Assembly (NCBI RefSeq): GCF_018977255.1
Contig: NW_024704743.1
Span: 79,238,001 to 79,302,000 of the forward strand
DNA from: Callorhinchus milii
Lineage: Eukaryota
Length of the DNA: 64,000 nucleotides
Direction: 5' to 3'
The notes below the pieces were generated by a model. The model was not told the DNA's origin. It did no database searches and was given only the letters and a program-made list of their open reading frames with translations. The translations under genes were made by a program, and so were the position numbers. Positions 12,643-24,226 of the stretch are shown piece after piece; the first letter of the stretch is position 1; the number at the start of each line of letters is the position of its first letter.

Positions 12643-14312
12643 TTCTGTTTTTTGCACTTGTGTTGATTTTTGTTCCACAAAATTTCTGGTCAATCACAAG
12701 ATTTAACACTAAATATGAAAGTGCATAATATAGTAACACCCATTATAAAGCGGTGCTTGGAATCCATAAAATCTCAATCAACACTATAGGAGGGTGTGAA
12801 TGCCAATTAGCTTTTCCTCATTCACTGTGCATATGTACAGCGGTACAGCCTGCTCCATCAGCACTGTAAGCCACTGGCTGGCAAGGGGAATACCAGAATA
12901 AAACTTCCAGGGAAGCCTGTAGTTGCTGATGTCCCTTGGAATTTTTAGGTAACTAACTTTGGGTTCACTCTACAATCCCCTTATAAGTTGTAATGAAGTC
13001 CTTTATAATTGGATTCTCCTTAATAAATCTCTGTGCCTAATTTTCTTGGCTGCTGCATTCATTGTGAATTATATTTCAGTATATACAAATAAATAAGTAC
13101 CAATTCAATTTATTATGAGCCCAAGAATGATTCATCCCAAGAAATTCAGAATTTACTGATTGGGTGATGCTGTAATATAACACAATGAAATCTACCAAGA
13201 AACTGAGATTTGACAATCACCTTAGAGTTTTCCAGATATCAAATCTACTGCCATTTTGCCCATCAAAATAAAGAGAAGGAAAAATCTAGTGAAAGGATAT
13301 TAAGAAGATTCAAGTAATTGCTATCTGAAAGAGGAGATTTCATTGTCTTTTGCTTTATTCTTGAGAAAAGAGTGAACATTAGGGTCTTACTTGCAAACTG
13401 GATTTATTGCATTGTTCGGATTATTTTGGGTTGCAAAATTCACCAAATTACTTCTAGCGTTATTTTCTGCTCCATGTAAAGTATATAGTTAGTACTTTTC
13501 AACTAAACATTGTGCACAACAGTTGTGCACAGCATTTATCTGGTTTAATTGTGTAAGAGACCAAAAGTATATTCTAATTACTTCAAATGGAAGTATTAAC
13601 ATTTTACATCTTAAAGTATGAAATTGGTGAGAGTATTTCTCTTTTGTAGCAAGCTTGTATCTAGTACTTAGATTTTAAAAAATATTTTTAAAATCTATTT
13701 GTGGGTCACACATTAATTCATGCTGTGAAAGACGTTGTGACCTATTGCCAGGTCTGTATCAATACTTGACCCATACTCATTGCCCACCAGGGAATTGTTC
13801 CCCCCATTAAGTTTTCACTCAGTGTTATTACCACAGACGTCTAATTGGAATCTCACTGATGTGAGGGATTGTGTGAGTTAACTCACATGCTGCTACTCCT
13901 TGGAAAAGCACATTTGTACTGCAATATACTATGACACTCTTCAAATTGGTATGACCTTTTAGTACCACTTAGTGGTTAAATTGCAAACCATTTTAGCGGT
14001 CCACTATTTAAGTAAGATATTAAAAAATAACAATTTTATGTCTAAAATGAAAACGAACTTGTATATTCCTGCAGTTTAAATGGCCAAATCATCTGAAGCA
14101 CTGTGATTTTAGTTTTCATACTAGATAACACTTATCATGCATTTGTAAAGTATATGTCCATATCTTTTGAGTTGACACCACATCATCTTTGCTATCCTGC
14201 TAAAAAGCAGTAAAGTAAAAAGTTAACTGCATATCATAAAAATAGCCATTGGATATTTTACATGATGTTTTTATCTGCAATTGCACAATGACTTTTTTTT
14301 TATTAATTCCAG

Positions 14313-14420
14313 CTTAATCAAGCAGCTTTAGGAAAGATTAATCCTCATATTCATGTAGAATACGAGTGGCAGTTACGGCAAGAGGAAATTGATGAAAGTG
14401 ATGATGACCTGGATGAAAAG
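14313..14420 (+). CDS. ASAP1: ASAP1 coding exon (post-ankyrin acidic segment)
   Basis: cag|LNQAALGKINPHIHVEYEWQLRQEEIDESDDDLDEK|gtaagc. Confidence 0.95.
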
Positions 14421-14851
14421 GTAAGCACAGAGTGTTTTTGAAATGTGATTTGTTGTAATGACAAGCACTTAACAGAAAAGTACCTCAATACAGTTAAATC
14501 AGCCTTTTCAGTACCTGTCGGGAGACCTTGAAACATCCATTGCTTTAGATATAGTCCTGCATCTTTGCAGTCCGTATTCTCTCTTGCACCAGGCTCTGAA
14601 AGCCCATCATCGCCATCCTCACTCAGTTCCACTGGCTCCCCTATCAGATCAGATTCAAGATCCTCGTTTTCACTTGCGAATCCATCCATGGTCTTGCCCC
14701 ATGCTACCTCTGCGACCTCTTGCAAAGCTTTTCACACAGCTCAGTGGAATCCTGAGTTGTTTTCTTTTGGTGGGGGGGATGGGGTGGAGAGAAAAGGAAG
14801 GTGAAAGCATGATCCAAAATTGGTCTTAAGGGTATTTTGCATGCAGAGACC

Positions 14852-15005
14852 GAGGGGAGCAAAATGGAGCCACTCCAGGATGAAGTTCCCTCCATTCAGC
14901 AGACACTGATTTGCTTCACGTACCCATCCGATCTGCTGCACCGTCAAAATGGAGCCATTTTGCCTCTGGAACTTCATCTTGGAGTGTCTGCATTTTGCTC
15001 CCCTC
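14852..15005. repeat. Inverted repeat, 38-bp arms (MITE-like hairpin)
   Basis: 14852-14889 versus 14968-15005 match at 35/38 as reverse complements. Confidence 0.85.
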
Positions 15006-15062
15006 ATGAGAATATATAAAATATAGAATTTACATTTTAAAGTCAAAGTATCTCAGAAGCTT

Positions 15063-15600
15063 AACGCAAAATACTGCAGATGCTGGAAATCTGAAACAAA
15101 CAGAATTCGCTGGGAACACTCAGCATGTCAGGCGGCATCTATGGAGAAAGGAAAGTGAGTTAAAGTTTCAGGTCCACGACCCTTTTGACAAATGCATGAA
15201 TGACAATTTCAGCAACAGAGAGGGTGAGGTAGTGGTCTAGATAGCCCCTGTTCCAGGATTAGAAAAAGGAGATTCAGGAATGGACCAGATGTGGGGGGTT
15301 TAAAGTGGACTTGAGGATCAAACAGAACACTGCGATTGCACTAACCGCAAAATAGTGCAGATGCTGGAAATCTGAAACAAAAACAGAAGTCGCTGGGAAC
15401 ACTCAGCAGGTCAGACAGCATCTCTGGAGAAAGAAAAGTGAGTCAAACCTTCGGGTCTATAACCCTTGGTCAGAAATCAACAAAGTTCCCAGTTCTGACG
15501 AAGGGTCGTGGACCCGAAACGTTGACTCACTTTCCTTTCTCCATAGATGCTGCCTGACCTGCTGCCTGACCTGCTAAGAGTTCCCAGTGACTTCTGTTTT
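15063..15600. mobile_element. Composite Penelope-like terminal-repeat insertion (tandem plus inverted arms)
   Basis: Arms 15063-15185 and 15343-15475 are direct copies; 15493-15600 is inverted; perfect 14-bp TSD TATCTCAGAAGCTT at 15049-15062 and 15601-15614. Confidence 0.8.
15491..15527 (+). ncRNA. Minimal type I hammerhead ribozyme motif (Penelope type)
   Basis: AGTT-CTGACGA-A-GGGTC(GTG)GACCC-GAAA-CG-TT-GACT: stem I AGUU/GACU, intact core, 5-bp stem II, palindromic AACGUU instead of a looped stem III. Confidence 0.72.
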
Positions 15601-16659
15601 TATCTCAGAAGCTTCCCAGGTAATTGCTTTAAAGTATATTAACTGTATATTTTTAGACAGATACGTTAATCAACTTGCACCTAGCCATAAAGTGAATGAC
15701 CAATTTATGTGGAGGATTATTGATCAGGACAGTGGAAAACATTCCCTACAGTTTTTGAGGAACACACAAGCTTCTGAGTCAGAGATGAGAGTGCTATCAA
15801 CTAAGGCAACCTGAGGCATGTGTTGCACTACAAAAGTTGAATTTTGCCAGATGTGCCTATAAAGTTTCAAGTTGTTTTGATAGTTGCCAAACTTCCCAAA
15901 TCAAGAACAGTCCACTAGCTACGAAGTTCAAGTTTTGGAATAATGAGTTTGTATCAGAAGTAGCACTTGTAGTTGTGCTTTCCCTCAGGTGCAAGGTTCT
16001 GGAAATAAGTCAGGAGAGAGAAGACCTAATCGTGATAGACGAGTATGTTTCCTGGCAGGTCAGCCGTCCACCATATTAATAAATCGTTATTCAAATACAG
16101 GGCTACACATTATCTTCAATATTATGGTTTGCCATTCATTTAAAAAAAAGAATCATAATAATAATCCTTGCATTTGATATATTGCCTTATCACGTCTTCA
16201 AGATGTCTCAAAGAGCTTCACAGTAAAGTGGATTGACTTTTTTTAAGTTTAAATCATAGAATTTTAAAGCGCAGACTAAGGCTTTTTTTTATTTTTTGAA
16301 TATTTGTTCAATCTCTTTTTTAAAAAAAAGTATGGATTCTGCTTCAAATTACTGTTTTGGTATTAATTCTTGTGTTTGATTTAGTACTTACAATGTTGAA
16401 CATCTCAAGCTTTCTGTGAGGTGTAGTGACTATTTAAGCGAATGCAGCAAACAATTTGCACACAATATCTCTTGCACAGCCAATTAGCCACAGCATGACC
16501 AATTTTATTACTGTTGAACTTGGAATTTGACTAGCTGACGGTCTTTGTGAACTGTGCTGTAGCTTTTCAAAATTCATTTTTGGCAAAGATTACAAATAAT
16601 TTTCATCCCTGAGTTTCTGTCAGCTTTGGTCTTTTGGAAAAAGGTATATTAATGGAATA

Positions 16660-19375
16660 GATGAGGTCTTCGCTCTCTGTGACCAGGGCTTCTTCTGCCT
16701 CCTCGACTCCTGGACCTCTCTGCCGCGTTCGACACAGTCGACCACAGCATCCTCGTCCACAGCTTCCCCTCGCTCATCTACCCAGTGGAACCACACTCAC
16801 GTGGTACGAGTCCTACCTAACAAACCGCCTTCACTTTATCTCCTCAAATGGTTTCTCCAGGACTCTATCCTTGGCTCGCTCCTCTTCCTCATGTATATGC
16901 TCCCTCTTGGCGATGTCACCTGCAGACATGGGGTAAACTTCCACACGTTGGAGGAGAAATACATTTGTGTTTCATCCGCAATCTATGACTCCAGGTCCGC
17001 CGGTGTTCTGTCGGCTTGTCTGGCAAACATCAGGGCCTGGGTGAGCGAAAATTTCTTACAACTAAATGTTGACGAGGTGGAAGCCATAATCCTTGGCTAC
17101 CGTCAACGTCTTCTATCGTGGGGCTCTGACCTCCTTAACCTCTCTGACCTATCCCTCAGACTCACCGAACCAGTGCCCGACCTAGGAATCTGGTTCAACA
17201 ACAACAACAAGATTTCATTTATAGAGCGCCTTTCACGTCGGGAGGACGTTCCAAGGTGCTGGACAGTTGCGTCAGGACCCGAGCAGGGGGGAAATGGTCA
17301 GGGTGAGGGAAGGGAGGGAGCGAGGAGAGGGTAGAGAGTCGAGAGGGGAACTGAAGGCATGGTCAAAGAGAAAGGTCTTGAGACCGGCCTTGAAGGAGGA
17401 AAGGGAGAAAGTAAGGCGAAGGCACTGGGGGATGGAGTTCCGGAGCCTCGGGGCTGAGAGGCTGAAGGCCCGGCCAACGATGGTAGGGCGGTTGGGGCGG
17501 GGGATGTGGAGCAGACCGGAGCCAGAGGAACGGAGGGTACAGGCAGGTAAGTAGGGGGATAGTAGGTCGGAGAGGTAGGAGGGAGCGAGGCCGTGAATGG
17601 CCTTGTAGTGAGGATGAGGATCTTGAATTCAATCCTCTTGGGGATGGGGAGCCAGTGGAGGCGAGCGAGGGTGGGAGTGATGTGGTCGCGAAGCCTGGTG
17701 CGGGACAGTACACGAGCTGCAGAGTTCTGAATGACCTGCAGCTTGTGGAGGGAGGTGCCGGGAAGGCCGGCGAGGAGAGAGTTCCCATAGTCCAGCCTTG
17801 AGGTGACAAAGGCGTGGACCAGGGTTTCAGCAGCGTGAGGGGTGAGGTAGTGCCGTAGTCTGGCGATGTTCCGGAGGTGATGGAAGGCGGTGCCAGTTGT
17901 GGCGCGGATATGAGGGAGAAAGGACAGCTCAGGGTCGAACAGAACCCCGAGGTTCCTGACCGGCTTTGAGAGGTGGAGAGTGCAGCCTTGGATGCTGATG
18001 CTGTCAGCGCCTGAGGTGCGGAGGCGCTGACGAGAGCCAATCAGGAGGGCCTCAGTTTTGCGCACGTTGAGCTGAAGAAAGTTGTCTCTCGTCCAGGACT
18101 CGATGTCGGACAGGCAGGCTGTCAGGACATCGGTGGTCGTGGAGTTGAGGGTAGAGGAGGAAAGGTAGAGTTGGGTGTCATCCGCATACATGTGGAAGTT
18201 AACCCCATGTCTGCGGATGATGTCACCAAGGGGGAGCATATAGAGGGTGAAGAGGAGGGGACCGAGGACAGAGCCCTGAGGGACACCGCACGAGACAGTG
18301 CGGGGGCCGGAGGAAAAGCCGTTTGTGAAAACAAAATGAAGACGGTGGGAGAGGTACGACCTAAACCACTCAAAGACAGGGCCTTGAAGGTTGAGGTGGG
18401 AGGACAAGTGGTGGAGGAGGATACCGTGGTCGACCGTATCGAATGCGGCCGATAGGTCGAGGAGGACGAGGAGGCAGAGGGAGCCCTGATCGCAGATGGT
18501 CAAGATGTCATTGGTGACCTTGACCAGGGCGGTTTCTGTGCTATGGGCAGCACGGAAACCCGACTGAAGAGGTTCGAATAATGCATGGGCGGAGAGGAAA
18601 GAACGCAGCTGGGAGGCGACAACTCTTTCAAGGACCTTGGACAGGAAGGGGAGGTTGGAGATGGGCCGGTAGCTTGATAGCTGCGACGCATCAAGGGAGG
18701 GTTTTTTCAAAGTGGGAGTGATGGTGGCAGTTTTTAGGGGAATGGGAACAGACCCACAGCTGTCCTTCCTGCCCGACATCTGGACCCTGATCAGGATCAC
18801 CTTCCTCCACCTCTGCCACATTGCCCGCCTCCAATCGTACCTTACCCCAGATGCAGCCAAAACACTTATCTAATCATTTGTCACCTCCCGACTCGACTTT
18901 TCGAATGCCCTCTTTGCCGGTCTCCCTAGCTCCACCATGCACAGGATCCAGCTGATCCAAAACTCCGCCACCCACATACTCACTCACTAAACTCTGTACC
19001 CCCATCACACCAGTTCTAGCCAGGCTCCACTGGATCCCTACTGCCAAACAGATTGATTTCAAGATCATTCCACTCGTTTTCAAATTCCTTCATATCCTGG
19101 CACCTCCCAACTCCGACCTGCTTACCCCACAACCCGCTGCCTCCGCGTGTTCCTCGTGCCCTCCATTCCACAGTTGGTGGGCATGATTTCAGCCACTATG
19201 CCCTGAAACTCTGGAACATTCTTCCTCTATCCCTCCACCTTACCCCTTCCTTCCCCATCTTCAGGTCGCGCCTGAAGACGTTCCTCAACGACCATGTCTA
19301 TGATCACCTCCTGTCTCGGCATCATGCTCTTACACTGTCAAGCGCTTTGGGACTCTATATAAATGTGTGTTGTGG
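16660..19375 (+). mobile_element. Older L2 (+) split by a younger L2 (pieces 16660-17196 and 18756-19375)
   Basis: DLGIWF|(D)PQLSFLP reading continues across the insert. Confidence 0.85.
17197..18757 (-). mobile_element. Young L2 LINE, 5'-truncated, with nearly intact RT domain
   Basis: ORF 17298..18860: [45 protein letters not shown]; open for about 380 codons before a frameshift near 17605. Confidence 0.95.
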
Positions 19376-19430
19376 TGGTCTGATAAATTTAGCTTCTGTA
19401 AAATTAGTTTTGTACATTTCTCTCTATTAG

Positions 19431-19656
19431 ACCAGCCCTATAAAGAAAGAGCGTTCTCCAAGGCCACAAAGCTTTTGCCATTCGTCCAGTCTCTCTCCAC
19501 AAGATAAACTCACAATTCCAGGCTTCGGCAGCGCACGAGACAAACAGAGGCTTTCATATGGAGCATTTAGTAATCAAATATATGGGAGCAGCACAGATTC
19601 TCCAACATCACCAGCTGTGGATGCCCCTCCTCTTCCTCCTAGGAATCCAAACAAAG
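19431..19656 (+). CDS. ASAP1: ASAP1 coding exon (start of proline-rich region)
   Basis: tag|TSPIKKERSPRPQSFCHSSSLSPQDKLTIPGFGSARDKQRLSYGAFSNQIYGSSTDSPTSPAVDAPPLPPRNPNK|gttggt. Confidence 0.95.
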
Positions 19657-21087
19657 GTTGGTGACTAAAGTGAAAGAGGAATGGCAAAGGTTCTAAAAGT
19701 AGTTCATTAGAAGTTGTAATTCACATTTTGTTTGTAAAAACATCAAATTGTATGACTTTAAAAATATTCATTAATTACTTCAGTTGAGCCAACGTACCAT
19801 TCCCTGCATGATAATTCTGCCGTGTCTCATTCTGTGGTAAATGTATTCTATTTCGTCCACTTGCTGTTTAACAACTATTAATGAATATGTGAGTTACTCA
19901 ACATGTTATATCACACTATAATACATACACTTCAAAACATTCACCTTCTGAATCACAAAATTAGTATACGTTAATGCAGTGTCTAGGTTAATGTGTCACC
20001 CCTACTAACCTCATTATTTTTACTTTTATTATCCTCATAATCTTTTTTATAACATAATAATTTGTGTTTTCCTGATACATGTTAGAAATTTAATTCACAC
20101 TAATTTGTGTCCTCTAATCCTACCTTCTTGGCTTATTCTAAAGTAAATCTAGGTTTATGTTTTTATATCTATTCAAGTCGTATATACTTTAATGTAGCCC
20201 CCCAACCACCTTCTTTACAGACTAAATGATTAATTTCTCTTTCTTCATTTCACTTGGGTTCTTGGTTCTCTTTTCTACCTTTTTTTAATATAAATGTACC
20301 TTGTTGTGACATTTAATTATGCTGAACATTTTTTTGCCGTGGCTTGGCTCGAGCATTGTAAACCATAATTTTTCTGGTATTCTACTATTCTTAACTCTGC
20401 AGTATATCCAAGCATTCTGTTGGCTTTTGTAACTGAAAGTATCATGTCTGCTCTTAAGTCCCAAATTAGTCCCAACTCACTTTCTTAGAGACTGTTCTCT
20501 AATTTATTCCATGAATTGTTTGGGTCTGTTTCACCTTCTCCCCCACAGGTGAACACAACCAATAACTTTGATAGTAACAACGAGAGCCCTACAGGGCCAG
20601 ACAAGTGAAGTTATAATACTGCTCAGTTGATTAATTGAAGCATGTTTACTTCTGTGATTTAACAGTATCAACAATAAATTACAATTAGAAGCATATATTA
20701 ACGTACAAGGCGAAAACAAAAACATTGTTAAATGAGTATTATTTACCCAGTTTCAAGATGAAGCAAATCACTCATATGGTATTCTGGAAGAATGGTTTTG
20801 TCAGGATGTAAAATTGGCTTTTACTTTGAATCCTGAATATCATTTTTTTAAATAATCTTGTCTGAATAATATAGGTAGGTATGAGCATTGCATGAACAAT
20901 TATGTGATCATAATACTTAATTTTTGTGTAACAGTCATTAGTTTTAGTCAATGTTGGTCAGGAATCAGTTGTTTAACACCTCAGAGTTGCTTTTGATTCT
21001 ATGCTGTGTTCTATCATTGCCTGCTTTCATAACCTCTCTCACTCCACATGTCCTCCAGCACTCAGCTGTGTTTTTGTGCTTCTCTAG

Positions 21088-21264
21088 CTCCACCTGGCCC
21101 AGTCCCTCCTTCAACCCTTCCTGTAGGCTCCCAGAACCCAACTGGCAGCTCCACTCTATCAAAGAAGAGACCACCACCCCCACCCCCTGGACACAAACGA
21201 ACCCTATCTGACCCTCCAAGCCCACTACCTCATGGTCCCCAGAATAAAGGACTGATTCCTTGGG
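21088..21264 (+). CDS. ASAP1: ASAP1 coding exon (proline-rich; symmetric phase 1-1, 177 nt)
   Basis: tag|(A)PPGPVPPSTLPVGSQNPTGSSTLSKKRPPPPPPGHKRTLSDPPSPLPHGPQNKGLIPW|gtgagt. Confidence 0.94.
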
Positions 21265-21629
21265 GTGAGTTTTTATTCTTTCATTAAATCAGTTAAAAAG
21301 AGTAGTTACATTGGAAGCAGAAAATTGGTGATATTGTTTATCTAAATTCAGTGCTATGAATAATAAAAAACTGCATAAGGTAATTCTTTCTCATGCATTC
21401 AACTTTCATGTGGGAGAGAGACAAAATCACCTAGGGACATGTCCTTTGCATGGTTCTTTGGGTCAGCTGATTATTCAACTGTTTTATGTAAGACCTAGTT
21501 CTCCACTGCATCTTTAGTTGTCCATCTATTGTCAGCAGCATTGTTGAATGTCATCTATATACTCAGGAAAGCTTTGTTCTTTAATACATTTATAAACTGG
21601 AAGCTATTATACCCCAACTTATACAATAA

Positions 21630-22720
21630 CACCTTTCACACAGAATGAATATGGAGAAGAAAGAATGGAGACATAGGGATGTTGACCAAAGGTGTGGTCA
21701 AAGATTTGTTTAAGGTTTTGAAAATATGGAGTGAGGAAATGGGGTTGAGAAGTTTTGGATTTTTTTTTGGTTATCTATGTGTCTGATATATGTAGAAATC
21801 CTTCACCATGCTTTACAGTATCCAACCCAGACTCCCAGAGTTCCACATGTGTATGTGACTTACACTTGGAAATGTTCCTACATCTGGAATTTATTGTGCA
21901 TGCTCTCCCTGGAGGAACGGATCCTTCTCACCTAATTCTAGAGAGTTCACATGGATTGGCAAGAGCTCCTCTGCTACTAGTAATAATTTTTAGAAGCAAG
22001 TTCTAGAGGGCAGGAACATAGTGACTGCAGGCTTGCCTATCATTGGAGCTGAAATACTTGAGGAATACATAATAGACCAATGTCAGGTGAACAGCATGTG
22101 GGTCGAGAGAGAACATTTCCTTGATGGGGAGCAGTGAGACCTGTGAATGGATTTAAAGGGCAGGACCAAGATCTTAAAGCTGATTTTCTACGATACTGGG
22201 AGTATATGGAACCATGTGAGCATGAAAATAATGAGGTGATGGGAATATAGTGTACAGAACCTTGTGTGGAAGAGAATATAGACTGCAGTTTTGGTTCTTT
22301 TTGAGATTGTAGTTAGGAAGGCCAACAAGGATTAGAGGAGTCTAACTTCCAAGATGACAAATGCATGAATAACAATTTAGGCAGCAATTTCAGTGACGTA
22401 GTGGTCTAGATAGCCCCTGTCCAGGATTGGAAAAAGGAGACTCAGCAATGGACCGGATGTGGGGGTTTAAAGTGACCTGAGGATCAAACAGAACACTGAG
22501 ATTGCACTAACTGGAACATACTACAGAATCGAGAATAGAAACCGAGAGATGGCAATGGGACATTGTTAGTGTCAACCAAGTGAGTCTGTACACACTAGAG
22601 GGCACAAGCAAGCGATGATGGAGAGGTGGGAGTGCAGTTGGGTGGGGAAAACACACTCCCAATACTTTAGAAAGAGCAGTCAAGTTAAAGATGTGATATG
22701 GAAGGGTAAACTCATCATGT
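21630..22720 (-). mobile_element. Highly decayed L2
   Basis: Degenerate similarity to the minus-strand L2 copies elsewhere in the window. Confidence 0.6.
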
Positions 22721-24156
22721 TTTCTTTAAGATACAATTCTTCGTAGTATTGAGAAAGAATTTTAGAATTTAATTTGTATTATAATTTTGGATTTATTGAT
22801 TCTTCTCATTGGACTAATGCTCAAAACACGAAATTGCATTGCCTTCTGGTATCACATCATTTATAAGTATGAAACGTGCTCCAAGCACAGCAAAGCATCT
22901 AACTTCCATAACCTAATTTGGTGAAGGACAATCCTACCAACAAGAATGTTTAAGCTTGTAAAATCCAAAGGCACATCAAATTCCAGTTCTTCAGAAAACA
23001 TAAACATTTTAAAGAATTTGTTTGAGAGCATTTTATAAAAGAACTATTGCTCAGAGTACGTCCAATTACTCGCAGCAGTATCTATCTGAAACTCCTAATC
23101 CATCATTTGAAACCAGAAGGGTATACATTTCATCTAAAGTGGAGGAGGAAATGGATGGAAAAAGGATTGTGCTACTAAGGAATATCAATAGGAAGAGAAA
23201 ATCATTCTTCAGCATTCTTTCACAGATATCAATCATTGTGTTTGAGAGCTATAACTTCCACATAAGTTCCTAGAAGAGACATTATACCTGGTATCACACA
23301 TTAACTAAGATCACAAAGTGATCATAGTTAATCTATTTGTAATAATGCTTGGCTAGCAAATTGGCGAGCACCCCAGATGCCATAAATAAGTGTGTTTGTC
23401 TTAAAATGCAGAAATAGTAATGATTAATGAAATTAGTAATGATTTTTTATAGTTTCGGGAAAAACTGTACATAAACATTTTCTCTGTGAGCAATAGAATA
23501 CTGTAGTAGGATCTACTCCACTATCTTTGAAACATTGTCCATTTGGTGAATTATTATTGCAGTTTAGATTGTATAATATTCCTACCAAGTTTCACATCCC
23601 TCTTAACAAAAAATACTACAACAGTGGATTGCTAGCAATTTTGACAAGTGAAATCTGAAACTTCTCAAATGTAAACTATGGATATTCATTTTATTAAACC
23701 CAAGAATGCATACTGTCTCTGAACTATATTATAACACGAGGCTTTAGCTTGTATTGATGTAGAAATAGTGCTGATCGGCAGAAATTTGGAATATTGCTTT
23801 TCAGTTCTCAGGATCTCCTTTAGTTGATGGGTAGCCCTCATTGACATGTTGCAGGAAGGAGCTTGATATGTGAGGAGCGCTTACCATTTATTTAGTGTAG
23901 TTGGACACTTGTAGTCTGGAAATATTTTCTTAACAGTTTCCAAAAATATTTCCGACATTTACAATGTTTATTGATACTGTATTTCCCTCTGGAATTAATA
24001 TGTACTTGTCTCTGTTTGGTTGTTTGCCTTAGACTTTTTCCCTATCTGCATTTCAGCGCTTTGGGACGTCCTCCCGACGTGAAAGGCACTCTATAAATGT
24101 AATTTTGTTGTTGTTGTTGTAATGCTGAATAAAACTAAAATATGATTGTCTCTCAG

Positions 24157-24226
24157 GTACAGATTCTGGTCCACCACAATCGAACAGAACAGGGAGTAAA
24201 TTTGAGGGAATATCTCAACAACCATG
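24157..24226 (+). CDS. ASAP1: ASAP1 coding exon
   Basis: cag|(G)TDSGPPQSNRTGSKFEGISQQP|gtaaat; KFEG motif as in ASAP1 orthologues. Confidence 0.88.

Noticed and set aside
17298..18860. 520-aa reverse transcriptase ORF as a gene or novel RT system
   Set aside because: 5'-truncated L2 ORF2; its N-terminus is read from the antisense host L2 and its C-terminus is frameshifted
21048..21087. Alternative upstream acceptors (AG ending 21058 and 21065)
   Set aside because: Both are out of frame with the phase-1 upstream exon
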